Shown: positions 1-10,642 of the stretch, one piece after another
How the letters are laid out: each line of letters starts with the position of its first letter
Numbering within the stretch: the first letter of the stretch is position 1
NCBI GenBank assembly: GCA_037137755.1
Contig: JBAXJR010000007.1
Coordinates: forward strand, 1 to 64,000
Direction of reading: 5' to 3'
From: Methanomicrobiales archaeon
GTDB lineage: Archaea > Halobacteriota > Methanomicrobia > Methanomicrobiales > Methanospirillaceae
DNA: 64,000 nucleotides
Position numbers and translations under genes: made by a program
Notes under the pieces: model-generated
The model's database searches: none
Told to the model about the DNA's origin: nothing
The model's input: only the letters and a program-made list of their open reading frames with translations

Positions 1-764
1 CGGGCAGTCTCGAATGCATCCTCGTTTTTTACCCGGATAATCTCATCCACAAGATCTTTTCTGAAGACTCCGGGTATAAAACCCGCACCAATACCCTGGA
101 TACGGTGTGCGCCGGGAGCCCCGCCGGAAAGGACCGGTGAAGCCTCAGGTTCAACCGCAATTGCGCGGAGCGATGGCTTCCTCTTCTTGATCACATCGGC
201 GACACCGGTTATCGTTCCTCCCGTCCCGACTCCTGCTACCAGGATATCGATTTTCCCGTCGGTATCGCGCCATATCTCTTCGGCAGTGGTCTTCCGGTGG
301 ATCTCCGGGTTTGCCTGGTTGTCGAACTGCTGGGGAACAAAATAATAATTCGGGTTCTCTTCTGCCATCTTCGCTGCCGTGGCGACTGCTCCTTTCATTC
401 CTCCGGGACCTGGTGTAAGGACAATCTCTGCACCGAATGCCTTGGCAAGTCTCCGCCGCTCGACGCTGAAGGTCTCAGGCATCACCAGGGTAAACTTGTA
501 TCCCCGGGCTGCACACACGAATGCAAGGGCGATACCGGTGTTACCACTCGTTGCTTCCAGAATGATCGTGTCCTTCTTGATCAGTCCCTTACGCTCGGCA
601 TCATCGATCATCGCAACGCCGATACGGTCCTTAACGCTGCTCAGCGGGTTAAAGGATTCAAGTTTTGCAACCACGGTTGCGCCGCTATCCCTGGTTACAC
701 GGTTCAGCCGCACGAGCGGGGTGTTGCCGATTGTTGCCGTGATATTATCATAGATTTTTGCCAT
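1..764 (-). CDS. cysK: Cysteine synthase A (O-acetylserine sulfhydrylase), 3' end outside window
   Basis: Manual translation from ATG 764: [20 protein letters not shown]...[16 protein letters not shown] (PLP lysine motif)...[12 protein letters not shown]. Absent from the ORF track because it runs off the edge. Confidence 0.95.
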   Translation of the reverse strand, partial: MAKIYDNITATIGNTPLVRLNRVTRDSGATVVAKLESFNPLSSVKDRIGVAMIDDAERKGLIKKDTIILEATSGNTGIALAFVCAARGYKFTLVMPETFSVERRRLAKAFGAEIVLTPGPGGMKGAVATAAKMAEENPNYYFVPQQFDNQANPEIHRKTTAEEIWRDTDGKIDILVAGVGTGGTITGVADVIKKRKPSLRAIAVEPEASPVLSGGAPGAHRIQGIGAGFIPGVFRKDLVDEIIRVKNEDAFETA

Positions 765-820
765 ATTTTTCCTCTATCGAATCCGGAAAACTCCCAGGTA
801 ACCTGGTGGCGATCCGGTAC

Positions 821-834
821 TTCACAATTGTTAA
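821..834. promoter_or_regulatory. Palindromic operator copy TTCACAATTGTTAA upstream of cysK
   Basis: Lies between a TATA-like TATATA (~849-854) and the cysK start; same motif recurs at 5 other sites. Confidence 0.75.
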
Positions 835-1459
835 TTGTTAGACCCTGATATATACCTTGGTTTACTGGCCAAATCCAGGCATGTTTGCAATGGCCACATC
901 AGTGAACTACTACACCCGTGGAAAAATGAAAGATAGCGGCAAAATCTGACGCGAAATCAGAGTATATCATACCCTGGAACCCTATATTGTGTGTTCACAG
1001 GAGTGAACAGGAAACAGCCATGAACACACACCATGCGAATATCGCAGGACCCTCAGCTTATCCGGATATTTCCGGAGCCGCTGTCCACACTTTTCCTGGC
1101 ATCCGTCCGGGAAAGCCGGTTGTACGGTCCAGTGGTATCTGGAGCTCCGGGCAGTATTGTAGGCCAACGGAGCTTTCAAGGAACGACCCCCCAGAGACTG
1201 CTGCCCGCAAGTACTGCGGACGATCAGTAGTCCATGGTATGTGTCTGTGAAGATCATACCCCTGGTTACACATCCTCACAACCGTACCGGAGTTGTCATC
1301 CGGCTCACATATTTTCGTCATGAAATATCATCTCATTCAGGGCAGCACGCACCTGCTGTAATCTTGGGAGAAGCAGTAATTCTCCCCGGTATTCCGAAAA
1401 AATAAAACAATCTTTTTATGAAAAATAGTTTATAGAGAAAAAATAATTGAAGAAATGGG

Positions 1460-1533
1460 GCCGGTGTGGCAGAACGGATAAATGCCTTCGCCTGCAAAGC
1501 GAATGTCCGGAGGTTCGACTCCTCCCGCCGGCG
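1460..1533 (+). tRNA. tRNA-Cys(GCA), A37/G73 variant
   Basis: Acceptor GCCGGTG/CGCCGGC, anticodon arm TTCGC-CTGCAAA-GCGAA, T arm GGAGG-TTCGACT-CCTCC; TATA-like TTTATA at ~1429. Confidence 0.88.
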
Positions 1534-1554
1534 TCTAATGAAAGGTGTAAAAGA

Positions 1555-2814
1555 ATGAACTTATACAGCACGTTGTCAAGGATAGTTGAGCCACTTGAGA
1601 CCCTGAACCCGGACAGGGTCTCACTGTTTGTCTGCGGACCGACGGTATACGATTATTCTCACATGGGTCATGCCAGGACGTATGTAGTCTTTGATGTACT
1701 GGTAAAGTACCTCCGGTGGACGGGAAAAGAAGTCTTCTATCTCCAGAATATCACGGATGTGGATGACAAAATTATCAACCGTGCGAATGAGGAAGGTGTG
1801 TCCCAGAGTGTTCTCGCACGAAAGTTTGAAGCTGAATACCTGAGGGACATGCGATCGCTGGGAATAGATGCGGTCAGCTATTACGCCAGGGCAACCACCC
1901 ACATCCCGGAAATTGTTAACCAGGTGGAACGCCTGGTAGCCCTCGGTGTGGCATATGTAACGGAAAGCGGGGTATATTTCAACGTGGATACGTTCGAGCG
2001 CAACGGTGAACTGTCCGGCCAGGATGGAGCAAAACGTGTCAGCCGTGTGAATGACCCCTCAAAACATAACTCCCTCGATTTTGCACTCTGGAAGATCGGC
2101 GAATTCGGGGAGTACACGTGGGACTCTCCGTGGGGCAGGGGACGGCCCGGGTGGCACATCGAAGATACAGCGATATCTGAAAAGTACTTCGGGCAGCAGT
2201 ACGATATCCATGGAGGGGGGCTGGATTTGATTTTCCCTCACCATGAAGCGGAGATCTCCCAGATGGAATCGCTGGAAGGAAAACACCCGATGGTCAGGTA
2301 CTGGTTGCATACGGGGTTCCTGACAGTTAAAGGTGAGAAGATGTCAAAATCTCTTGGGAACTTTATCACCATCAGGGACGCACTCGGGACCTGGAATAAA
2401 GATGTACTAAGATATTTCATTCTCCTGTCCCACTACCGTTCCCCACTCCAGGCCACCGAGGAGGGTATAGCAAATGCGGCCCGGGTTCTTGAACATATCC
2501 GGTCAGTCGCCACAAAGGAAAGAGGTGAGAACCAGGAAGGGAGAAAAGCATTCACAGATGCCATGGACAATGACCTCAATACACCGATGGCTCTCGCGGC
2601 AATACATGCCCTCGCGGCAAGCGGGGATCTCGGGGCTTTGAAACAGTTCGGGGAGATTCTTGGGATTAATTTCCTGCGAGAGGCAAGTGCCCCTTTACAT
2701 GTACTCCAGGATATCCGGGCAGAGCTCCGTGCAAAAAAGCAGTTTGAAGTGGCGGACCTCATCCGGGAACGGATGGTCGCTGCGGGTATCACGATAACCG
2801 ATGCACCCCTGTGA
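1555..2814 (+). CDS. cysS: Cysteine--tRNA ligase (compact archaeal type)
   Basis: VCGPTVYD, HMGH, GRPGWHIEDTAI, HGGGLDLIFPHHEAE, KMSKS; start placed at ATG 1555 (SD AAGGTG) because the longer ORF overlaps the tRNA. Confidence 0.95.
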   Translation: MNLYSTLSRIVEPLETLNPDRVSLFVCGPTVYDYSHMGHARTYVVFDVLVKYLRWTGKEVFYLQNITDVDDKIINRANEEGVSQSVLARKFEAEYLRDMRSLGIDAVSYYARATTHIPEIVNQVERLVALGVAYVTESGVYFNVDTFERNGELSGQDGAKRVSRVNDPSKHNSLDFALWKIGEFGEYTWDSPWGRGRPGWHIEDTAISEKYFGQQYDIHGGGLDLIFPHHEAEISQMESLEGKHPMVRYWLHTGFLTVKGEKMSKSLGNFITIRDALGTWNKDVLRYFILLSHYRSPLQATEEGIANAARVLEHIRSVATKERGENQEGRKAFTDAMDNDLNTPMALAAIHALAASGDLGALKQFGEILGINFLREASAPLHVLQDIRAELRAKKQFEVADLIRERMVAAGITITDAPL

Positions 2815-3016
2815 CATGGTTTCCATCGCGTGAAATACCATTAATTATCCCGGGCATTACCCGGTAAGGCATCGCTCTTTTTTTCCTGTTTACACGATCT
2901 CCGGAACGATCAAACGTTTCCCTAATGGGATCTGGTACTCGGCTGGTATTCGTGAAAAAAAGCAGATTGTTGATTTTATATGGAAAACTATGTTGTTTTC
3001 AGGCTATCCATTGTTA

Positions 3017-3553
3017 TCAAAGGAGTGTCGGGTTCAGCATCCCGAAGATCATCGCGATGTGGGCAAACACGAGGAACGTAATGAGGAGGCTGATATGGTA
3101 TACCATATGACGTTCGGGAGGTGCGTTCTTTTTAATGATCCCAAGTTCCAGCAGGGCAATCGCAAGCAGGGGCAGGAAACCTGCTATGTAGAATCCGACT
3201 GCGATGACATCAATCGGACCACGCCAGACGATTGTCGGAATAACTGTTATCATAAGATACCCAGCGATCAGGGTAAAATAGATCCCGAGTGAAATTCCGA
3301 TATATCGGTTAACGGTACGCAGGGTGCCCGAATAATCTCGGTTGAACGCGACGAAAAATTCCGTGGCTGTCAGTGCCTCCGCCAGGATCACGGGGATCGC
3401 CATGAATAACAACAGGTTCCATGGCTGGTTGGTCATAAGCAACTGCATATAGTGGGTAACCTGCATCATCGGGTCCATGGCAGTTGCCGCCGTTGTCGCG
3501 GCAGCATGGGCGTGTTCCATCATTGTCGGGGTAACCATCGATTCCATATCCAT
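3017..3553 (-). CDS. DUF6803-like multi-pass membrane protein
   Basis: THYMQLL..NQPWNLLLFMAIPVILAE motif, about 4 TM segments, Met/His-rich N-terminus; SD GGAGA before ATG 3553. Confidence 0.7.
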   Translation of the reverse strand: MDMESMVTPTMMEHAHAAATTAATAMDPMMQVTHYMQLLMTNQPWNLLLFMAIPVILAEALTATEFFVAFNRDYSGTLRTVNRYIGISLGIYFTLIAGYLMITVIPTIVWRGPIDVIAVGFYIAGFLPLLAIALLELGIIKKNAPPERHMVYHISLLITFLVFAHIAMIFGMLNPTLL

Positions 3554-3569
3554 AGTATCTCTCCATTTA

Positions 3570-3583
3570 TTCACAATTGTGAA
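3570..3583. promoter_or_regulatory. Perfect palindromic operator TTCACAATTGTGAA
   Basis: Perfect 14-bp inverted repeat 16 nt upstream of the membrane protein start codon. Confidence 0.8.
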
Positions 3584-3694
3584 ATGTGAATTATTCTCGT
3601 TTGAACTGAATAGCTCATGAATTGTCTCGCAGTATCGTCTTAGTTATCATGGAAAGTGCGTAGGTGCAGGGCTGCTCCTGAAGCGGCAGGGAAT

Positions 3695-3997
3695 CTAAGA
3701 AAATTTTTTCCAGAAAGAATTCCGGTATTCAGCCTGGGAATTGTCCTCTTTTAAGTATTTTTCCCCTGGCTGGGGTTTATATTTATCCGGGTCATCCAAA
3801 GCCTTCTGACATTCATCCGATATGCTGAAACAATCTCCATCGCACTGCTTGGCAATTCGGCTCCTGATCTCCCTGACTTTTTCAAGTTTTTCAAGCCTCG
3901 TATTTATGTCATCAATTTTTTTGCCCTGCAGATCTATTGCTGCAAGCAGTTCATTCATTCGTGCAAGGATCTGTTTATCGGTTTCCTGTTCGTTCAT
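3695..3997 (-). CDS. Hypothetical protein, coiled-coil N-half with CDGDC..C motif
   Basis: 100 aa ORF with SD AGGAG and protein-like composition. Confidence 0.65.
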   Translation of the reverse strand: MNEQETDKQILARMNELLAAIDLQGKKIDDINTRLEKLEKVREIRSRIAKQCDGDCFSISDECQKALDDPDKYKPQPGEKYLKEDNSQAEYRNSFWKKFS

Positions 3998-4183
3998 GTT
4001 GCAAATCTCCTTTCTGATGCCTTCTTATACTCCGATATCAGTTAGTGTTTGCAGTGGTATGTTTCAAAAACACAATCTGGTAGACTCTCTGATTTCGGTG
4101 AGATTTTTTTAAAAAATTGTGTTTGAATGCACGTTAAAACAATTAACGTGCCAACAAATTGATTGCCCGCATCATCCGTCGCA

Positions 4184-4463
4184 TCATGCCAGAACTGCTT
4201 CCTGTTCTACGTTATTTAACCCATAAAGGCTCTGACGGGCGTCAATGAAATAATAACGCTCGATAAGGAAATTCTCAGTCTTCAGCCTTTTCAGGGCGTA
4301 CCTGACAGTCCTTGAAGGCAGAAGGGTTTTCTCTATCAGGTCCTTCTGTGTCAACTGACCGTCGGTTTGCAGTACCCTGTACACGAGCTTTGCCGATGGT
4401 GGCAGGTGCCCGATGTTTTTTAAGTTATTGCTGGTTGCTTTTACAACAAAAACGATCCCTCAT
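4184..4463 (-). CDS. Small winged-HTH (MarR-like) transcription regulator; frame discontinuity near 5' end
   Basis: HLPPSAKLVYRVL..LTQKDLIEKTLLPSRTVRYALKRL..DARQSLY. The LPPSAKL motif lies upstream of the GTG at 4384, and the SD-linked ATG at 4463 is in another frame (HTH frame is +1). Confidence 0.8.
4425..4463 (-). other. 12-codon leader ORF MRDRFCCKSNQQ* with tandem Cys codons
   Basis: AAGGTGA-TCCACT-ATG AGG GAT CGT TTT TGT TGT AAA AGC AAC CAG CAA TAA read on the minus strand. Confidence 0.6.
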
Positions 4464-4489
4464 AGTGGATCACCTTACCTAGGTGGTAG

Positions 4490-4503
4490 TTCACAATTGT
4501 TAA
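4490..4503. promoter_or_regulatory. Operator copy TTCACAATTGTTAA upstream of HTH regulator
   Basis: 26 nt upstream of ATG 4463; suggests autoregulation. Confidence 0.75.
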
Positions 4504-4712
4504 GTATTTCGGTAATCCTGTTTTTTCTATCCTGGACATTTCCACAAAAGGATTAGAAAATTTTGGTGTTCCTGTTTTTGGTGCACAATATTTACCGGGA
4601 TTACATACTATATACTATCCCATCGGAATGCGGCAATTACCCATTCATGTGAAAACCCGGGTGTACAACGACGTGAAAGAGAGATCAGGAAAAACCTGCC
4701 GGTGACCGAACC

Positions 4713-4762
4713 TATAAATATTCACAATTGTTACCTAGTATGGTAAAATTCACAATCGTGAA
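4713..4762 (+). promoter_or_regulatory. TATA box (TATAAATA) followed by two operator copies (4721-4734, 4749-4762)
   Basis: TATAAATA-TTCACAATTGTTAC...TTCACAATCGTGAA immediately before tRNA-Cys/pscS. Confidence 0.8.
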
Positions 4763-4774
4763 TTTTGATTACCT

Positions 4775-4846
4775 GCCAAGGTGGCGGAGTGGCCACGCGG
4801 CTGACTGCAGATCAGCTACACTCCGGTTCAAATCCGGACCTTGGCT
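4775..4846 (+). tRNA. tRNA-Cys(GCA), canonical methanogen G37/U73 type
   Basis: Acceptor GCCAAGG/CCTTGGC+T, anticodon arm GCTGA-CTGCAGA-TCAGC, T arm CCGG-TTCAAAT-CCGG. Confidence 0.95.
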
Positions 4847-4924
4847 TTCTCCAGGGATTTCTTCATAATCCTGAAGAAGAATAAAGATTCAGAAGCATAT
4901 CTTCATCGCAGTTGTGATTTAAGC

Positions 4925-6289
4925 ATGAGTATCAGAATCCAGAAAACATTTGAAGCGCTCTTCCAGCTCGAAGAAGTCCGGGGACTTTTCCGGGAGTCGC
5001 TACCAACCGGGTTGGATGCTGAAGAGGAAGCCACCTTCAGGAAGCGGATTGCTGATCTTAAGGCAATCGTTGCTGACCTCGAGGCGGGTACCGGCAGTCC
5101 TAAGGTGACAAAGATTGCCGGATCCATAGACTTGCGGACGAGGGAAGAGGAGTACATCAATATCCAGCCGATCCAGGCAGCTGGCCGGTTGACGACGGAG
5201 GCGAGGAAGGCCCTGATCTCCTACGGTGACGGGTACTCAACGTGTGATGCCTGCCGGAAACCATTTCGCCTTGATAAGATTTCCAAGCCGGGTATTGCGG
5301 AATTCCATGCTGATTTGGCAAAGTTTGTCAATATGGACCAGGCCAGGGTTGTTCCCGGTGCACGCCGTGGTTTCCAGGCTGTTGCCAGTACTCTCGTTGA
5401 GAAAGGCGATAGCGTAATTGTATCTGCCCTTGCCCACTATACAGAGTTCCTCTCAGTGGAAAATGCAGGGGGGGTTGTAAAGGAAGTACCACTGAATGAA
5501 AAGAATATCGTAACCGGCGAAGCAACGGCACAGAAGATCGAAGATGTCAAACGGGAGACCGGAAAACTCCCGGTGCTTGTGATGATCGACCACTTCGACT
5601 ACCAGTTCGCAAACGAGCATGAAGTAAAAGAGATCGGAAAAATTGCCCACCAGTACGACATTCCGTTCCTCTATAACGGGGCTTATACAGTTGGTATCCA
5701 GCCTGTTGATGGTAAGGCAATCGGAGCTGACTTTGTTGTCGGCTCCGGACACAAGAGTATGGCATCGGTCGCGCCGTCCGGGGTACTTGCAATGACCGAT
5801 GAATGGGCGCCAAAGGCGCTCCGTACGACCGCGATGGTTGGCGACCTTACCAAGCGTAAATTTGGTATCAAGGAAGTGGAAATGCTCGGGTGCACGCTGA
5901 TGGGCGGCACACTGCTCTCCATGATGGCATCGTTCCCTGCCGTTAAAGCCAGAACCCTGAAATGGGAAGAAGAAGTGAAGAAATCCAACTTCTTCATTGA
6001 CCGTCTTCTCAGGATCAACGGTAGCAGGGTGCTATCAGAGTATCCACGCAAACATACCCTGACAAAAGTTGATACAACCGGAAGCTTCGATACGGTTGCC
6101 CAGACTCACAAACGTCGCGGATTTTACTTCAGCGATGAACTCTCGTCGCGAGGAATTGTCGGTGAGTTTGCAGGTGCAACCAGGACATGGAAGCTGAATA
6201 CCTATGGCCTCAACGAGAAGCAGATCCACTACCTTGCGGATGCCTTCACAGAAATCGCAGAAAAATATGAGATCCCAGTCGCAAAGTGA
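4925..6289 (+). CDS. pscS: Sep-tRNA:Cys-tRNA synthase with N-terminal SepCysE-like domain (SepCysSN)
   Basis: INIQPIQAAGRLT, GDGYSTCDAC, GSGHKS (PLP Lys), LGCT; about 60 aa helical N-terminal extension. Confidence 0.93.
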   Translation: MSIRIQKTFEALFQLEEVRGLFRESLPTGLDAEEEATFRKRIADLKAIVADLEAGTGSPKVTKIAGSIDLRTREEEYINIQPIQAAGRLTTEARKALISYGDGYSTCDACRKPFRLDKISKPGIAEFHADLAKFVNMDQARVVPGARRGFQAVASTLVEKGDSVIVSALAHYTEFLSVENAGGVVKEVPLNEKNIVTGEATAQKIEDVKRETGKLPVLVMIDHFDYQFANEHEVKEIGKIAHQYDIPFLYNGAYTVGIQPVDGKAIGADFVVGSGHKSMASVAPSGVLAMTDEWAPKALRTTAMVGDLTKRKFGIKEVEMLGCTLMGGTLLSMMASFPAVKARTLKWEEEVKKSNFFIDRLLRINGSRVLSEYPRKHTLTKVDTTGSFDTVAQTHKRRGFYFSDELSSRGIVGEFAGATRTWKLNTYGLNEKQIHYLADAFTEIAEKYEIPVAK

Positions 6290-6367
6290 GCCTGTGAAGA
6301 AAATTACCAGGTCCGGTTCGGAATGCATTCAGGACCGATCATGATACCGGCTATTTCAGGTATATAA

Positions 6368-7738
<1,371 letters not shown>

Positions 7739-7823
7739 GAGAGAAAAAGTCCTTAATACGTCAGCTTGAGGACTGCCGGGACAAGTTTATAGTAAATACC
7801 CGGATTTAACAGGGGATATCCAG

Positions 7824-9314
7824 ATGATCAAAGGATCAGTAGGACTTGTAAAAACAAAATATTATCACCATTCCTCCCCGCTTGATCTTGAGAGCGGGGA
7901 GACGCTCCCCTCATTTACGCTCGCGTATGAAACATACGGGACCCTGAACAAGGAAGCAAGCAATGCTATTCTGTTATGCCATGCGCTTTCCGGTGATGCT
8001 CACGCAGCTGGTTACCATGCCGGTGAAGATAAGCCGGGATGGTGGGATTCTGTAATCGGCCCCGGAAAAGCGTTTGATACTGGTAAATACTTTGTTATCT
8101 GTTCGAATGTGATCGGCGGGTGTAAAGGTTCAACAGGCCCGTCTTCGGAAAACCCTGAAACCAAGGAACCATACGGAATTTCATTTCCCGTCATAACGAT
8201 AAGGGATATGGTTAATGCCCAGAAACACCTGGTTGACCACCTCGGGATCAACAGGCTTTATGCCATAGCAGGAGGTTCGATGGGTGGCATGCAGGTTCTC
8301 CAGTGGACAGTAATCTGGCCGGACCATGTAAGTAAGGCAATTGTGATCGCATCAACCGCCTACTCAACGCCCCAGCAGATCGCGTTCAACGAAGTGGGAA
8401 GGATTGCCATTACTTCCGACCCTGCATGGGAGAATGGGAATTATTACTCGCAGAAATCATACGATTCCAGCGGCCCGTTCCGTGGCCTCGCACTAGCACG
8501 GATGGTTGGCCATATCACCTACCTTTCAAATGAGTCCATGCATGAAAAGTTTGGCAGGGCATTGCAGGACAAAGACCAGATTGGTTATAATTTCTCGACA
8601 GATTTTGCCGTCGAGAGTTATCTCCATCACCAGGGAGACACCTTCACCCAGCGGTTCGATGCCAACTCGTACCTCTACATCACAAAGGCAGTAGATTACT
8701 TCGACCTGACAAAAGACGGATCGCTCGCAAAAGGGCTTGCAGGAGTACATGGTGCATTCCTCGTCATCTCGGTCTCCTCCGACTGGCTCTATCCCCCATA
8801 CCAGTCACAGGAGATCGTATCAGCATTGGCAGCGAATGACCGGGACGTACGTTACAGCGAGATCCGGTCAAATTTCGGCCATGATGCGTTTCTGCTGGAA
8901 TCAGGCCAGATCAATTACCTGATCTCCCAGTTCCTTTCAAAAACGGTCGTTGGCGATGTCATGATCCGGGACGTCCCGACTATTGAGGAAGGTGCAACAA
9001 CTGCCGTGACTGCCCGGCGGTTAATCAACCTCGAGGTCAATCATCTGCCGGTACTTTCGTGCAGCGGTCAGCTGGTGGGGATTGTTACATCATGGGACAT
9101 CGCAAAAGCAGTAGCGGGAAATTTCCTGTGGCTTGATGAGATCATGTCAAAAAAAGTCATAACTACTGTTCCGGATGAACCGATCGAATCTGCCGCAAAA
9201 AAAATGGAGGAACACTCCATCTCGGCCTTGCCGGTCGTCGATGAAGACCAGCACCTTATCGGTCTCATCACCAGTGATGCACTCAGTATACTTATCGGGA
9301 GGGGTAATTCATGA
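7824..9314 (+). CDS. metX: Homoserine O-acetyltransferase with C-terminal CBS pair
   Basis: [15 protein letters not shown] nucleophile elbow, GHDAFL; tandem CBS domains. Confidence 0.92.
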   Translation: MIKGSVGLVKTKYYHHSSPLDLESGETLPSFTLAYETYGTLNKEASNAILLCHALSGDAHAAGYHAGEDKPGWWDSVIGPGKAFDTGKYFVICSNVIGGCKGSTGPSSENPETKEPYGISFPVITIRDMVNAQKHLVDHLGINRLYAIAGGSMGGMQVLQWTVIWPDHVSKAIVIASTAYSTPQQIAFNEVGRIAITSDPAWENGNYYSQKSYDSSGPFRGLALARMVGHITYLSNESMHEKFGRALQDKDQIGYNFSTDFAVESYLHHQGDTFTQRFDANSYLYITKAVDYFDLTKDGSLAKGLAGVHGAFLVISVSSDWLYPPYQSQEIVSALAANDRDVRYSEIRSNFGHDAFLLESGQINYLISQFLSKTVVGDVMIRDVPTIEEGATTAVTARRLINLEVNHLPVLSCSGQLVGIVTSWDIAKAVAGNFLWLDEIMSKKVITTVPDEPIESAAKKMEEHSISALPVVDEDQHLIGLITSDALSILIGRGNS

Positions 9315-9895
9315 GGATCCTCTCCATCCATGCATCATCGATGTGGTATAATGCAAATCAGAAGACAAAAATGGCAGAACCTGTCACTGTCCGCGAAGAC
9401 AGGATGGAGGAATGCGTTGTACTCTTCTGTTGTGTTGAGAAACTCGATGAGAAAAATCCTGACCAGGTGGTAAGGGGTGCATCTTCGGGTGTCCTGGTGC
9501 GGCTGGGGAAGCTCAAAGTCAGCAGGGTGTTGATCTACCCTTTTGCACACCTGGCAAGTTCACTCGGACAGCCAGGTATCGCGCTTGACATCCTTAAGGG
9601 ACTAGAAACCACCCTCATAAACTCATCAATAGAGGTCAAAAAGGCCCCTTTCGGGTGGTACAAGGAGTTCGAAATCAGGGGGAAAGGGCATCCCCTTGCC
9701 GACCTTTCGATGACGATTTGCCCATATGACGGGTCGGAACGTGATTTTTCATGCCCGTACTGCAACCATCCGATAAAAACTTCTGACCTCTCTGATGCGA
9801 ATGCGGGTGCGGACAGGAACCAACAGATAACCGGGGGCCATGGATGCAGTTCCGGAAAAAATTATGGATTTGAACTGGTAGAACATCATGACTGA
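9311..9895 (+). CDS. Free-standing archaeal ThrRS editing domain protein with C-terminal Cys motif
   Basis: [38 protein letters not shown]; followed by CPYD..CPYC. Confidence 0.85.
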   Translation: MRILSIHASSMWYNANQKTKMAEPVTVREDRMEECVVLFCCVEKLDEKNPDQVVRGASSGVLVRLGKLKVSRVLIYPFAHLASSLGQPGIALDILKGLETTLINSSIEVKKAPFGWYKEFEIRGKGHPLADLSMTICPYDGSERDFSCPYCNHPIKTSDLSDANAGADRNQQITGGHGCSSGKNYGFELVEHHD

Positions 9896-10358
9896 AGACG
9901 TAAAAAACCAAGAATATGCCACGCTCTTCCTGGGATGCCCGGAGGTTCCGGTGCAAATGGGAATCTCGCTCTATCTCTCCCACATGCTCAGGAAGAGTGG
10001 CCGGCAGGTGACAATTGCGGCGAACCCGTCCGTGATTAAACTCGCACGGGTCGCAGACCCGGAACGGCACTACATGGACAAGATCATCGACCTTGATCGC
10101 TGTATCGGGGATATTGCCGAAAAAAAGCGGAGCACGGATATTGCGATCCTATTTGCCCACAACGACGCTGGGATTACCTATGCAGCTACAGTCCGGTATC
10201 TCCACCCGGGCCGGCTGGTCCTGGTCCTCTTCGGGCGTCATGCTGAAGAGCTCGTTTCATCAGTTGATTTCCCCTGCGAAATGATCGTGGAAAAGGCAGT
10301 CCATGACCCGGCCGGCCTGAAAAAGAAAATCGATGAGGTATTTCAATGGCCTGCGTAG
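9888..10358 (+). CDS. DUF1890 family protein
   Basis: LGCPEVPVQ, DPERHY, DLDRC, FAHNDAG, HDP motifs. Confidence 0.75.
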   Translation: MTEDVKNQEYATLFLGCPEVPVQMGISLYLSHMLRKSGRQVTIAANPSVIKLARVADPERHYMDKIIDLDRCIGDIAEKKRSTDIAILFAHNDAGITYAATVRYLHPGRLVLVLFGRHAEELVSSVDFPCEMIVEKAVHDPAGLKKKIDEVFQWPA

Positions 10359-10642
10359 AGGACCTCAACAAAGAGATTGTCCTTTCGGGTGCCAGTTTCA
10401 AGGAGGCACGGGAATATGTGGAGGCCCATTGCACGGAGATCTATTATGTCGAGCCAGGGTTCAGGTTGTTTGAAAAGCACATCATCGGAATCCCGCCTAT
10501 CGCGTTAGGCCTTGACGGTGACATGGTCCTCTTTCCGTTTACCAAGCCCTGTTACGGAACGTTCCTGATCAGGGCAGAACATGCAGAAGAAGCATCAAGG
10601 CTCCGGTCCCTCGGTCTGAAGACAACAAAGGACAAGAAGTGA
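10346..10642 (+). CDS. DUF1894 family protein
   Basis: MAC start, SFKEAREY, PFTKPCYGTF; usual partner of DUF1890. Confidence 0.75.
   Translation: MACVEDLNKEIVLSGASFKEAREYVEAHCTEIYYVEPGFRLFEKHIIGIPPIALGLDGDMVLFPFTKPCYGTFLIRAEHAEEASRLRSLGLKTTKDKK

Noticed and set aside
297-848. Plus-strand ORFs of 183 and 124 aa
   Set aside because: Antisense shadows of cysK
982-1321. Several overlapping 65-91 aa ORFs and recurring TCCGG words between cysK and tRNA-Cys
   Set aside because: No recognisable motif and no regular spacing; CCGG words are common throughout the window. A small protein from ATG 1020 cannot be excluded.
1447-1554. N-terminal extension of cysS in the ORF track
   Set aside because: Overlaps the tRNA-Cys gene; SD supports ATG 1555
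2140-2180. CysRS zinc ligand Cys replaced by Asp (WHIEDTAI)
   Set aside because: To my knowledge a recurrent variant among archaeal CysRS, not novel by itself
4841-4924. TTG-started extension of pscS
   Set aside because: Begins inside the tRNA acceptor stem; ATG 4925 is more plausible
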